Numbered from the stretch's first letter, positions 40,441 to 51,048 are shown. The stretch is DNA of 64,000 nucleotides from Planctomycetota bacterium (GCA_031409275.1 JANNXA010000043.1:17106-81105), one strand, 5' to 3'. A program made the numbers and translations. Notes: generated by a model from the letters alone, not told the origin.

Positions 40441-40506
40441 GTGGATCTGAATTGAACGGAGGCCGCCAGTCGCGCCGGGTGCCTGCGCCGGTCGATGAGG
40501 TCCGCG

Positions 40507-42120
40507 ATGCAGACTGGCGAAACGCTCCTCCTCATCCTGGCCGCGGTGACCGGTTTCGGCGCGTTGGCGCGTCGAATCGGCCTGCCCGAGCCGATCGTGC
40601 TGGTGCTGGCCGGGCTCGGACTCTCGCTCGTGCCGGGTGTGCCCGAGGTCGACCTCAATCCCGACTGGATCTTCCTGCTGGTCCTCCCGCCGCTGCTGCA
40701 TGCGCAGGCGTGGGTCACCTCGTGGAAGGAGTTCCGCTCGCACCTGCGGACGATCAGCTTGATGGCGGTCGGGCTGGTCCTCTTCACGGCGTTGGTGGTG
40801 GCGTGGGTCACCAAGCTCGTGGTGCCCGAGCTGCCGTGGGCCGCTGCCTTCGCGTTCGGCGCGATCGTCTCGCCGCCTGACGCGGTGGCCGCGTCCGCGA
40901 TCGCCGGCAAGCTGCGGCTGCCGCGCCGGCTCGTGACGATCCTCGAAGGCGAGAGCCTGGTGAACGACGCGACCGGCCTGGTCGCCTATCGCTTCGCGTT
41001 GGCGGCGATCGCCAGCGGCAGCTTCGCGCTGGAGGAAGCGGCAGCGAACTTCTTCGTCGTCGCGCTCGGCGGCATCGCGATCGGGCTGATCGTCGGCGTC
41101 GCGGTCGCCTGGGTCTTCCGTCGCGTGAAGGACGCTTCGATTGCCATCGCGCTGTCGTTGGTCGCGCCTTACCTCGCCTACCTGATCGCCGAACGCAGCC
41201 ATGTCTCGGGCGTCCTCGCGGTGGTGGCCGAAGGCATCGTGCTCGGCACGTTGGCGTCGGAAGTGCTCTCGGCGAGCGCTCGGCTCGAGGGGTTCAGCTT
41301 CTGGCAGATGGTCGTCTTCCTGCTGAACGGGACGGCGTTCCTGCTGATCGGCCTGCAGTTGCCGGCCGTCGCGCAACGCAGCTGCGAGGAGTCGTGGGCC
41401 ACGCTGCTGCTCGACGCGATCGTCGTGGTCGGGGCCGCGATCGGCGCGCGCCTCGCCTGGGTGACGGTCAGCGGATTCGTCGCCCGATTGATGGGCCGCT
41501 TCGGTCTCAACCGCCATCGTCCGCTGCCGTGGCGGCAGGTCTTCGTGGTGGGCTGGGCGGGGATGCGCGGCGTCGTCTCGCTGGCGGCGGCGCTGGCGCT
41601 GCCGCGCACCATGGAGGGCGCCGGCGCCTTCCCGTGCCGCGATCTGGTGATCTTCCTCACCTTCTCGGTGATCCTCGGCACGCTGGTGCTGCAAGGATTG
41701 TCGCTGCCGTTCGTCATCCGGCGGCTCGGCGTGGCCGGTGATGGAGTCGAGGAAGCGGAGCGTGAACGCGAGGCGCGCGTCGCCGCGGCGACCTCGGCCA
41801 TCGCGCATGTGAAGACGCTGGCGAAGAGCGGTCAGTACCTCGCCACGGCGACGCAGCTCGTGTCGGCCGAGTACACCGATCGCATCCGCCGCCTCCACCA
41901 AGGTCGCGCGTCGCTGATCGGCGAAGCGGGCAGCGAGGTGATGCGAGTGCAGGGCACGGCAGCGCTGCGACGGGCCGGGCTGCATCGCGAGCGCGAGACG
42001 CTGCTCGACCTGCACCGCCGCCACCTGGTCGAGAAGGAGACGCTGCTCAAGCTCGAGCGCGAACTCGACCTCGAGGAGACGCGTCTGCAGGGCGCCGAGG
42101 GCCACGTCACCGGGACGTGA
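40507..42120 (+). CDS. CPA1 (NhaP-type) Na+/H+ antiporter
   Basis: LPPLL, SPPDAVA, ILEGESLVNDA, SGVLAVV, WAGMRGVVSLAAAL. Confidence 0.93.
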   Translation: MQTGETLLLILAAVTGFGALARRIGLPEPIVLVLAGLGLSLVPGVPEVDLNPDWIFLLVLPPLLHAQAWVTSWKEFRSHLRTISLMAVGLVLFTALVVAWVTKLVVPELPWAAAFAFGAIVSPPDAVAASAIAGKLRLPRRLVTILEGESLVNDATGLVAYRFALAAIASGSFALEEAAANFFVVALGGIAIGLIVGVAVAWVFRRVKDASIAIALSLVAPYLAYLIAERSHVSGVLAVVAEGIVLGTLASEVLSASARLEGFSFWQMVVFLLNGTAFLLIGLQLPAVAQRSCEESWATLLLDAIVVVGAAIGARLAWVTVSGFVARLMGRFGLNRHRPLPWRQVFVVGWAGMRGVVSLAAALALPRTMEGAGAFPCRDLVIFLTFSVILGTLVLQGLSLPFVIRRLGVAGDGVEEAEREREARVAAATSAIAHVKTLAKSGQYLATATQLVSAEYTDRIRRLHQGRASLIGEAGSEVMRVQGTAALRRAGLHRERETLLDLHRRHLVEKETLLKLERELDLEETRLQGAEGHVTGT

Positions 42121-42153
42121 GCGCTTGCCGGGCGACCGCTACGATCCGCGCCG

Positions 42154-43299
42154 ATGATTCCCACCCGCAAGACGCGCACGATCCACATCCGTCACCTCGC
42201 CATCGGCGGCGTCGCCCCGATCGCGGTCCAGAGCATGGCGGCCACCCGCACGCGCGACGTCGCGGCGACGATCCGCCAGGTGCAGTTGATCGCCGCGGCC
42301 GGCGCCGACCTCGTGCGCATCGCGGTCGACAACGACGCGGACGTCGAGGCGCTCGCGCTGGTCCGCAAGGCGACCACCGCGCTGCTCTCGGTCGACCTGC
42401 AGGAGAACTGGCGCCTCGCCGAGAAGGTGGCGCCCTTCGTCGACAAGGTGCGCTACAACCCCGGCCATCTCCATCACCACGAGAAGTCGATGGCGGTGAA
42501 GGAGAAGGTGGCGTGGATCGTCGGCGTGGCGAAGCGTCACGGCCTCGCGCTGCGCATCGGCGTCAACGCGGGCTCGATCGATCCGGCGCTCGAGGCGAAG
42601 TTCCCGGGCGACCATGTCGCGGCCATCGTGCAGTCGGCGGTCGACCATTGCGCGATCGTCGATGACCTTGGCTTCCTCGACTACTGCGTCTCGATCAAGG
42701 ACAGCGATCCGCGCCTCGTCATCGACGCGAACCAGCGCTTCGCTGCCGTGCGCCCCGACGTGCCGATCCATCTGGGGGTGACCGAAGCGGGCATGCCGCC
42801 GGACGGGATCATCAAGACGCGGATCGCCTTCGAGCAGCTGCTCTCCCGCGGCATCGGCGACACGCTGCGCGTCTCCCTCACGCTGCCCTTCGACGACAAG
42901 GGGCAGGAGATCACGGTCGGCCGCGCGCTGCTCGCCGACGTCGAGGCTGGCCGCTTCCGCTCGGTCCCGCCCAACTTCTTCAACCAGCTGAACATCGTGA
43001 GCTGCCCCTCCTGCAGCCGCGTCGAGAACGAGAAGTTCATCGAGCTCGCGCAGGAGATCCAGCGCATGACGGCATGGGCCAAGGAGCACGCCATCACGAT
43101 CGCCGTGATGGGCTGCCGCGTGAACGGCCCCGGTGAGACCGACGACGCCGACTTGGGCCTCTGGTGCGGCCCGACCCACGTCAACCTGAAGCGCGGCGAA
43201 GAGACGGTCGGCGCCTACACCTACGAGCAGATCCTCCCGAAGGTGAAGGCGGAGGTGGAGCGGCTCGTCGTCGCGAAGGGCGGCGCGCTGCCGAAGTAG
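42154..43299 (+). CDS. ispG: (E)-4-hydroxy-3-methylbut-2-enyl-diphosphate synthase
   Basis: [57 protein letters not shown]. Confidence 0.96.
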   Translation: MIPTRKTRTIHIRHLAIGGVAPIAVQSMAATRTRDVAATIRQVQLIAAAGADLVRIAVDNDADVEALALVRKATTALLSVDLQENWRLAEKVAPFVDKVRYNPGHLHHHEKSMAVKEKVAWIVGVAKRHGLALRIGVNAGSIDPALEAKFPGDHVAAIVQSAVDHCAIVDDLGFLDYCVSIKDSDPRLVIDANQRFAAVRPDVPIHLGVTEAGMPPDGIIKTRIAFEQLLSRGIGDTLRVSLTLPFDDKGQEITVGRALLADVEAGRFRSVPPNFFNQLNIVSCPSCSRVENEKFIELAQEIQRMTAWAKEHAITIAVMGCRVNGPGETDDADLGLWCGPTHVNLKRGEETVGAYTYEQILPKVKAEVERLVVAKGGALPK

Positions 43300-43330
43300 C
43301 GGCGAGGTGGGGCGCGGAACGCAAGGTCGC

Positions 43331-46258
43331 TCAGCGCGGTCGCGCGGTGATTCGGAGCGGCGCGTCGATCGGCGTGTCGCCGATCTCGACGATGAGTTCG
43401 TCGGCGACGATCAACGCGGAGCGGACGAAGAGGCGCCAGCGGCCGGGCGGGAGCTCGAGCGCGAAGCGGCGCAACGCGGGATCGTCGTCGTCGCGCGGCT
43501 CGACCGGGGTCGCGCCGCCGATCGGAGCGCTCGTTTTGCCCTCGGCAGCGAAGACGTGCACCTCGCACGGCGCATCGCGGACGTCGGGGTCGATCGAGGA
43601 CTGGTCGATCTCGACCGACATCGACAAGCGGGGCGGCAGCGTGATCGGCAGCGCGTCGCCGGCCGGCCAGGCGGGGAGCTCGAGCTCGATCACGGGCGGC
43701 AGCACGAAGGTGCCCGGCGACCGTTTCGGCACGAGGCGCAGCCGCGCGACGGGCGGCAGATCGGCGTGCAGCGTGACAACACCGTCGCTATCGGTCGCCG
43801 CCTGCGCCAGCGGCTGCGCGCGCCGCCGATCCGCGGACGCGTCGAAGAGCCATACCTGGCAGCCGTCGGCGGCGGTCGTCCCGCCCGCTTCGAGGACGCG
43901 CAGTCGCTGATCGGGCTTCGGTTCGAGGGTGATCGTGCCGAGGTCGAGATCTTGTTCGCTCGCGACGTCGACGGTGCGCGGCGCCGGCGGGCGATAGCGG
44001 TCGGTCTCGAACCGCAGCGTCCACTCGCCGGGCGCGGCCTGCGCCGTGAAGGGCGCATCGCCGCCGCCCTTGCGCTGCCAGATGCGCGGCGAAGGCCAGC
44101 GCTCGAGCGACCATTCGGCGGTGTAGAGCAAGTCGGTCGCGATCGGTCGCCCCGTCGTCGCATCGACGAAGCGCGCCATGAGCCGGCCCGGCTTCGGCGG
44201 CTCCTCGCCGCGTGCCTGTCGCGCGAGCCCTTCGTCGAGCCGCGCTCTCCACGCGGCGCTCACCGGCGGCAGCGTCACCTCGTACGGTTCCTCGCGCGGC
44301 TCGAACACGCCGAGCTCGATCGGACTGCAGAACAGGCCGCTCGGTTCGCCCCACGGTCCGACCACCACGACGTGCCACGGCCCGCCGACCGGCAACTGCA
44401 GAATGACTCGCTGGTCGGGCATCGCGGCGAGATCGGACTGTGCTTGCAGCAGCATCAACCAGTCGTCGCCAGCAGCGGATGCCGCCTGCGCCTCCGCGAG
44501 CGGCAGCTTGAGCGCGCCGATGGACAAGAACGCTCCCGCGGCAAGGAGGTAGCGCACCTCATCGGCGTCAGTCGGGTCGGCGATCGCCACGTCGAGCGTC
44601 AGTAGATGCTGCTGGCGCCTCGCCAGCTTCACCTCGAAGGTCGGCCGACCGCGCGGCGGGACGGTCACGAAGAGCTCGCCCGGCCGATGCTCGGCAGTGC
44701 GCACCAGCAGGCGCGTGATCTCGGCGGCATCGATGGCCACCGCGACGCCGAAGGTCGAATCGCCGGCTTCGAAGAGCTGCCCCCTGCGCCGCCGTCCGAC
44801 GCGGGAGCTGGCCAGCACCTCGAGCAGCCAGCCGCTGGCGAGCCGCTCCTTCACCTGCAGCGGGGCGCCGTCAGCCTCGGTGACGCGCACGAAGAACTGC
44901 GTCTCGCTGCGTAGCCGAACCTCGATCGGCTCGGAGCGAGCACCGGGGGCGACCTTCGGCAGCGAGACGTCGCGCCGTCGCCAATCGGGAGCAACCACCA
45001 GCACGCTGCGATCGGCGCTCGTCGTGACCAGCTCGAAACGACCCGCGGCGTCGGTGATCGCCTCCTCATCGTCGAGAGCGAACCCCTCCTCCCACGGTGC
45101 GAGCGCGTCGGGACCGGCGTTGCGGCGCGACAGCAGTGCGACCGGCTCGAGTCTGCGCCGCGACCAAGGCCGATCGAACGCTCGCTCGGTCAGGAAGGAG
45201 TAGCGGGCCCCCGCGGTCACCAGCGCGCCCGCGATCGGCGCGCTCGAGGCATCGTCGACGACGACACCCTCGAAGGTGCGGTGGCGCTCGAAGACGACGT
45301 CGGGCAGCTCCGTCGTCGCGCCGTCGTTCACCAGCACGTTGCGGGTTCGCATCGTCTGCCCGCGCCGGAAGAGGAGAGCGAGTGGCTCTTCGCGGCGCGG
45401 ATCCATCCGCCCGTCGTCGGTGATCCAGATCGCGCCCGCGCGCGAGCGGAGCGCATCGACCTGGTAGCGCCCCTTCGCGTCGGTCGTGGTGATCGCCTCG
45501 AAGCGGCCGCGGAGTCGCTGCGCGAGTGGCGAGTCGGGCTCGCGCCACTGGAGCTCGAGTTGAGCGGCGAGCAGCTGGCCGCCCGGCTGCGGATCGACGC
45601 CGACCTCGACGCCGGCGAGCGGCTGGCCGAGGTCGTCGACGACGCGGCCCGTCGCCGTGCCGCCGTAGCCGACCTCCATCGTGAACGACTTCTCTTGGCC
45701 GTCGGAGAGCCACGTCGCGGCGATCGTGTTGGCGTGCGGTGCGCGGCGCGGCGTCTCGAAGATCACGACGTCTTCAGGAAGCTGCTCGATCGTCAGCTCG
45801 CCCTCCTCGTCGGTCAGGCCGCAGACGAAGACGTGCGTGTTCGGCCGCTCGCTCCAGACGACCACCGGCAGGTCGGCGAGCGGCTCGCGGGTGTCGCCAT
45901 CGACCACTCTGAGCTCAATGGCCCCGCGGCCGCGGTAGTGAGCTTCGGCGGGGCGCAGTGCGCCGCCGCTCGTCTCATCGCTGTCGACGGTCCGGGTACT
46001 GGCGTCGATCGAAGTACGCGCGACATCCTCGACGCGCTCCGGGGTCGCCGTCGCGGCCGCCGCCGCCGCGCTGCGATCGCCACCGCCGCGCTCCTTCGGA
46101 AGCGCAGGTCGGCGCAGCGTCACGCCACTGTTCTGCAGCGAGTGCACGACGATGCCGCCGACCGCGATCGGCACGCCGAGCCAGAGCAGCGCCCGCGGCC
46201 ATCGCCGCCAACGACGCGCCTCCTCCGGCTGCTGTCGAGCGTGTCGCATCCGGTTCAC
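43331..46258 (-). CDS. Membrane-anchored carboxypeptidase-regulatory-like repeat protein
   Basis: N-terminal TM; GRVVDDLGQPLAGV, TTDAKGRY, TDAAGRF repeats. Confidence 0.75.
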   Translation of the reverse strand: MNRMRHARQQPEEARRWRRWPRALLWLGVPIAVGGIVVHSLQNSGVTLRRPALPKERGGGDRSAAAAAATATPERVEDVARTSIDASTRTVDSDETSGGALRPAEAHYRGRGAIELRVVDGDTREPLADLPVVVWSERPNTHVFVCGLTDEEGELTIEQLPEDVVIFETPRRAPHANTIAATWLSDGQEKSFTMEVGYGGTATGRVVDDLGQPLAGVEVGVDPQPGGQLLAAQLELQWREPDSPLAQRLRGRFEAITTTDAKGRYQVDALRSRAGAIWITDDGRMDPRREEPLALLFRRGQTMRTRNVLVNDGATTELPDVVFERHRTFEGVVVDDASSAPIAGALVTAGARYSFLTERAFDRPWSRRRLEPVALLSRRNAGPDALAPWEEGFALDDEEAITDAAGRFELVTTSADRSVLVVAPDWRRRDVSLPKVAPGARSEPIEVRLRSETQFFVRVTEADGAPLQVKERLASGWLLEVLASSRVGRRRRGQLFEAGDSTFGVAVAIDAAEITRLLVRTAEHRPGELFVTVPPRGRPTFEVKLARRQQHLLTLDVAIADPTDADEVRYLLAAGAFLSIGALKLPLAEAQAASAAGDDWLMLLQAQSDLAAMPDQRVILQLPVGGPWHVVVVGPWGEPSGLFCSPIELGVFEPREEPYEVTLPPVSAAWRARLDEGLARQARGEEPPKPGRLMARFVDATTGRPIATDLLYTAEWSLERWPSPRIWQRKGGGDAPFTAQAAPGEWTLRFETDRYRPPAPRTVDVASEQDLDLGTITLEPKPDQRLRVLEAGGTTAADGCQVWLFDASADRRRAQPLAQAATDSDGVVTLHADLPPVARLRLVPKRSPGTFVLPPVIELELPAWPAGDALPITLPPRLSMSVEIDQSSIDPDVRDAPCEVHVFAAEGKTSAPIGGATPVEPRDDDDPALRRFALELPPGRWRLFVRSALIVADELIVEIGDTPIDAPLRITARPR

Positions 46259-46345
46259 CCCCGCTCGTCACCCTCGCTGCCCGGTCCTGCGGTGCCGCAC
46301 CGGGTACCGTACAGCGAAGTATCGCCTCCGCCGCGGAGCAGTCCC

Positions 46346-47581
46346 ATGACGTCAATCGCGCTCCTCGCCCTTTCAGCCGTCGCGGTCCTGCAGCCGGTGG
46401 GTCACGAAGGGCCGCGGCCGCTCGCACCCGCCGACGTCGCTGCGCTGCATCGCGAGCTCCTTCCCGCGCGCGACGAACCGTGGCAGACGATCGGCTGGCG
46501 CGTCGATCTGCTCGCCGCGCGCGACGAGGCGATCCGCGCGAAACGTCCGCTCTTCCTGTGGGCGATGAACGGCCATCCGCTCGGCTGCGTCTGAAACAAC
46601 GGGGTGCTCGACCGTGAGTCGAGCTTCGCCGACCAGGACGTGATCGAGCTGCTGCAGCGCCGCTTCGTGCCGGTCGCGCTCGACGTCTGGTACGAGGAGC
46701 GGCGCCAGGACGCGGCGGGGGAGTTCTTTCGCAAGGTCGTTGCGCAGCGCGCCGGGCTGCAGCCTGGCCAGACGACGCAGGGCTTCTACGCCTTCGGGCC
46801 CGACGGAACGCTGCTCGAGGGGTGGAACCATCGTGGCGTCGATCGGCTGAAGGAGCGGCTGAAGGCGGCGCTCGAGGAGTGGAAGCCATCGGTCGCAGCG
46901 GCGCTCACTGGTGCCGTTGATGGCCGCTTCGACCGGACGTTGCCCGCAGGCGCTGCGGTCGTTGATGTCCGTGCGCGCATCACCGAGGCGAAGTGGCCGA
47001 AGGCGGAGGACGACTTCCAGCGCACGTTGCAGCAGGCGACGAGCCTCGACCACCTCTGGATCGTGCGCGAGGAGGTCGCGGCGCTCGCGAGCGGCACGTT
47101 CCCGCCGGCGCTGGCGCGACGCATCGCGCGCTTCCACTGCATCGACAACACGCGCGGCGAGCCGCCGCTGTGGGAGCCGACCGAGGTGCAATGCTGCGAC
47201 GTGGTGCTGACGCCCGATCCGCAGTTCCGCCGCAGCAGCGCTGGCGCGAGCGGCACCGCCGCTGGCGCGACCCGGCAGCTCGTCGACGGCACCGTGACAC
47301 TCGCGACCGCCGATGGGAAGCGCCGCTACTCCGCGCGCATCGGCGGGATCATCGAGTTCGCGGGCGCCGAGCTTGCGCGCTTCGACCTCGCCGTTCGCGG
47401 TACGTTCGAGGGCGGCGGCGACTACACCCGCGATCCGCCGGCGGGCGAGTTCACGCTCGCGATCGTCTTCCGCCTGGCGCAACGCGCCAAGGACGGCACG
47501 TTGCCGCCCGCCGCGCAGGTTCCGCCGCAAGGGGCGCGCTGGCTCGACGACTACCTCGGGCGAGTGAGCGGGCGCGAGTAG
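46346..47581 (+). CDS. Probable selenoprotein: exported thioredoxin-like protein with CxU motif (411 aa, UGA at codon 83)
   Basis: GGAG RBS, signal peptide, W...W..DL.AA..EA....RPLFLWAMNGHPLGCV-TGA(46592-46594)-NNGVLDRESSFAD..VIELLQRRFVPVA in frame with ORF 46604..47581. Confidence 0.82.
46606..46624 (+). other. Candidate bacterial SECIS hairpin
   Basis: GCUCGAC-CGUGA-GUCGAGC, perfect 7-bp stem starting 11 nt after the UGA. Confidence 0.7.
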
Positions 47582-47597
47582 CGCCGCGAAGCTTCGC

Positions 47598-47864
47598 TCA
47601 GCGCGGCAAGCGTTGTCCGCTGATCTGCCCGAACTCGATCGGCCCGGCGGCGACGAAGTACTTGTCGCGATGGATCGCCGTGATCGCGGCCGCGACGTCG
47701 AGTCCGGCGATCACGTCGGTGGAGATCATCCGCAGTTGCTGGACGAGGTGACCCGGAACGAAGCTGGCGCGCACGGCGTCGGGCGCGGCCATTCGACCCG
47801 TGCCGCGCAGCACCAGCAGGTAGGGGCCGGGAGTCTGGGTGCTTTCGTAGACGTCGACGTGCAT
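47598..47864 (-). CDS. Small protein, YcgL-like
   Basis: MHVDVYES...YLLV....PDAV..F....LDVAAAITAI..DKYF; GAGGGG RBS. Confidence 0.55.
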   Translation of the reverse strand: MHVDVYESTQTPGPYLLVLRGTGRMAAPDAVRASFVPGHLVQQLRMISTDVIAGLDVAAAITAIHRDKYFVAAGPIEFGQISGQRLPR

Positions 47865-48035
47865 GGTCGGCCCCTCGCCCGGGACCGCGAAGGTCGGCCG
47901 AGCCGCTCTGCGGCGCAGGAACGTCGCGGAGGCTACCGCGTGCGAGCGCTGCGGCCGTGGTCCGATCTGCGGCCGCAGCGCCGCGCCCCGAAGCCCCGGC
48001 CCCACGCTCGCCCCTGGCCATCGAGCGCCACACCA

Positions 48036-48108
48036 GGTGGCGGGGATCTTTCCACCACCGTGCGCTGTGGGTGGCGGACGCAAGGTGGCGGGGATCTTTC
48101 CACCACCG
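48036..48108. repeat. REP-like, 2 direct copies GGTGGCGGGGATCTTTCCACCACCG
   Basis: Identical 25-mers at 48036 and 48084. Confidence 0.85.
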
Positions 48109-48165
48109 AATCGCGCGGATCGTTCGGCCGCCGCGGCGCATTCGCCGCAACGGCCGCTCGCGAGG

Positions 48166-48729
48166 TCACGCCACCGGCCAGCGCCACGCGAAGAGAGCCG
48201 CCGTCGCCGCCGCATAGACGACGCAGTCGGCCATGCAGCGCAACGTGTGCGGCCACGCGTGGGCGCTCCAGATCGAGGCCCATGTTCCGCCCGCGGCGTA
48301 GGCGAGCCACGTCGTCACGAAGACGCAGCGGAAAACATCCATCGACGCGGCACCCGAGCGAAGGCCGATGGTGGCGACGTAGGCGACCAGCGTCGAAGTG
48401 AGCAGATAGAACACGATCGACTGCACCAGCGCAGGACCCATCGAGAAGGGGCCGGGCTTGCGGACGTAGATGAAGCCAGACGGCCCACGCGCGTACTTCG
48501 CCTGGAACTCCGGCGTGCTCATCTGCTTGTTGTCGTCGCAGCCAGGGAAGAAGTACTGGCCGCCACCGACCCCCTGCGCGCGCAGCGCGTCGAGCACCGG
48601 GTCCTCGTTCTTCAGCTTGACGTAGTCCTTCTTGTGGTGACCGACCACCATCCACATCAGCGACGCGAGGATGAAGGTGGCGACCGAGGCGAGCACGATC
48701 GGAAGCCACAGGGAGGCGATCGACACCAT
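48166..48729 (-). CDS. Hypothetical membrane protein
   Basis: MVSIASLWLPIVLAS..; about 4 TMs; GAGGAG RBS. Confidence 0.8.
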   Translation of the reverse strand: MVSIASLWLPIVLASVATFILASLMWMVVGHHKKDYVKLKNEDPVLDALRAQGVGGGQYFFPGCDDNKQMSTPEFQAKYARGPSGFIYVRKPGPFSMGPALVQSIVFYLLTSTLVAYVATIGLRSGAASMDVFRCVFVTTWLAYAAGGTWASIWSAHAWPHTLRCMADCVVYAAATAALFAWRWPVA

Positions 48730-48867
48730 GAGCGGTCTCCTCGAGCAGGAAGGAAGCGGGAGGCGGCGACGGTTCGACCGTGCCGCGTCGGGTCGCATGA
48801 AAACATGGCCGTAGCGCCAATGCCAGCAGCGCGGACCATCTCCGTCGGCGTGCGATCGCTCGAAGAG

Positions 48868-49250
48868 TGGAAGAGCCGCCAACGGCACGCGTCAGAGGTA
48901 CGTGGCGGAGGCTCGCGATGGAGTTCCCGTTGGGCGGCGACGGCCCCGGCTTCGGGTGGCGCCTTGCGGCGCTGCTGCTGTTGATGGCGACCGTCGCGTG
49001 GGTCGAGCGGTGGCGTCGCGGGCCCGCGGCGAATCGTTGGCGCGAGTACTCGTTCGTGGTGGGGGTCGCGTTGGCCGGAGCGATCGCCGGCATGGCCATC
49101 GACTCCATCACTGCTCGCCTTGCGCCGAGCTACTTCGTCGAGTGGAAGGGGATCGAGCCGGGACGAGGTTTCGAGTCACGCGTCCTTCAACTCGGCGCGC
49201 AGGCGGGATTTGGTGCCGGCTTCTTCGCCGCGGCGTTGCTGGCTATCGCG
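48868..49250 (+). repeat. 383-bp direct repeat, copy 1
   Basis: Matches 51049-51596 once the 165-bp insert is removed; roughly 15 mismatches by eye. Confidence 0.92.
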
Positions 49251-49271
49251 CGGCGTCAACTGTTCGGCTGA
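48918..49271 (+). pseudogene. 3'-truncated duplicate of membrane protein gene 51099..51908
   Basis: Same N-terminus MEFPLGGDG..AAALLA, then an unrelated short tail ..RRQLFG*. Confidence 0.75.
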
Positions 49272-49290
49272 AGCCTACGGGCACGCAGGT

Positions 49291-50211
49291 TCAGTCGTCA
49301 TCGGTGAACTGTCCGGTCGAGTAGAGGGCGTGCGTGCCGTATTCGGGCTTGAGGATCTGGAACGACCCTTCCATCAGGCCGTCAAGGTCGATGTCCTGCG
49401 CGACGAAGCGGTCGGTGTCGAGCGACGGGTCGACCCGAACATGGTGCGCCCATCCGATGAGGTTGATCTGCCACGGCCGGCGATCGAGGATCACGACGCT
49501 GCCGAAGGTCGAGTGGCTTCGCCCATTCAGGCTGCGATAGCTCTGAGCGATCGCTGCCGGCACTCGAACCGTTAGGCCGGCAACCACCGACGAAACGGCA
49601 TAGACGTTCCGCGACTCCCACTCCATCACCCACAGCTCCTCTCCGGCAGTGAGCCCGGGTGCCGGCGTAACGGCCGTCATGTCCGCGACGTTGCCGAGTG
49701 CGGCAGGGGCGGCGAAGGACGACTTGTCGATCGTCGGCCGGCTGAAAGTGGACATCCAACGTCCCGACGGCTGGTGCTGGAAGGACGACAGCGTCTCGTC
49801 GGCGTTGAATTTCCACAGCTCGATCACCGGACCCGTTGTCGAGCGGCCGCAGACATAGAAAGCGCGCGGATCGAGTCGAGACCGGCAACAAGCGGTCGGC
49901 CAGAACGACAGTGCCTCGAGCGATCGCTCGACGGTGCGAGACGCGCCGGTTTTCTCCGCGATCCAATCGATCCAGACGCGTTTGGTGTCGGTGTCGATGC
50001 CGATGTGTGCGTACGCGTACTCCTCGTCTGACACGTCGATCAGCGCGCGGAAAACGTGCCACTTCATGGTGGAAAGTTTGATCTGCGGCGGGATGGTCGG
50101 TGGCGTTCCACCCGGCGGCTGCGAAGCCTGACGGGCGGCGACGCCGGACGCCACGAGCGCGATGACCAGCAGAAGCACGACCGAAGCGAAGTTCTTGATG
50201 CTGCGCTGCAT
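49291..50211 (-). CDS. Secreted hypothetical protein (cassette gene 2)
   Basis: Signal peptide; beta-rich; starts 2 nt after the stop of the upstream gene. Confidence 0.8.
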   Translation of the reverse strand: MQRSIKNFASVVLLLVIALVASGVAARQASQPPGGTPPTIPPQIKLSTMKWHVFRALIDVSDEEYAYAHIGIDTDTKRVWIDWIAEKTGASRTVERSLEALSFWPTACCRSRLDPRAFYVCGRSTTGPVIELWKFNADETLSSFQHQPSGRWMSTFSRPTIDKSSFAAPAALGNVADMTAVTPAPGLTAGEELWVMEWESRNVYAVSSVVAGLTVRVPAAIAQSYRSLNGRSHSTFGSVVILDRRPWQINLIGWAHHVRVDPSLDTDRFVAQDIDLDGLMEGSFQILKPEYGTHALYSTGQFTDDD

Positions 50212-50213
50212 GA

Positions 50214-50912
50214 TCAGCTCCCACAGCTTCCGCAGGCGAGGCAGGGACCGATTGGCGGATGGCCGGCAGGTCGTGCCAGCTTCTTGGATGCCGCTCTACC
50301 TTCCGAGTAGAGCCGACAGAGGGCGCATAGGTCGGGGTACCACGGATTACCTGGTTCGACGGACAGCCAAGTGAGGTATTGGCAGAGCCAGAACAACCCG
50401 TCTTTGTAGATGATGAAGTGATCTTCCTGCGCGGGAACGTTCGGCGTCCCGTCAGGGTGAAAGTCGAACTCGAAGCCGTTGTCAATCGCGTGGCCCATCT
50501 CATGCGCCACCACGGCCGCAGTGGCTGCCGGAGGTGTTTCCGGGTCGAGGAGATTCGGGTCGAGGACGATCTCAGGAACACCGTCATGAGTTTCGGGCGG
50601 CGGCATGGTTGCGCCAGACGAAATCGGCCCGTCCGAGCCGACTTCGAGCCTAAGCCAAGCTCGCTTCTGCATCGTGTAGATGCGCACCCGCGTCGGAGGC
50701 GGAGGTGGAATGTCGGGGCGGCCCCACGGGAATTGGAAGCCGGTGGCGGCGGCCTCGTTCAGCTTTGCGGTGAGATCCGCCAGCTATCCGGCATCGAGTT
50801 CCTCAAAGTCCGCCGCGACGTCTGGATCCCAGCTTCCCGACTGCCCGTTGGCGGAACTGGCGAACGCTGCGGTCAACGCTACAGCGAGAACCAACATCGA
50901 GCGGTTGAACAT
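50214..50912 (-). pseudogene. Secreted HExxH (zincin-like) protein with in-frame TAG at codon 43 (cassette gene 1)
   Basis: GGAG RBS, MFNRSMLVLAVALTAAFASSANGQ..EELDAG-TAG(50784-50786)-LADLTAKL..VVAHEMGHAID..CLACGSC. Confidence 0.75.
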
Positions 50913-51048
50913 ATCCGACTCCATCTGGCAGATCGTGATTCGGTCTTTAACAGTATTGAACCTCGATGAATGGTCAATGAGCAGCCGATGGGATCTCCCA
51001 AGTGCGCGGCGTCCCTTCTTCGCTTACGCCACGCTCGTGCTGGAGGCC

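Noticed and set aside
47598..48215. Repeated peptides WWKDPRH, GGKIPAT and VAGIFPP in several ORFs
   Set aside because: They are translations of the REP-like repeat, not protein motifs.
50784..50786. Pyrrolysine codon
   Set aside because: No pyl genes in the window, the protein is not a methylamine methyltransferase, and the site is far from the HExxH motif; nonsense mutation is more parsimonious.
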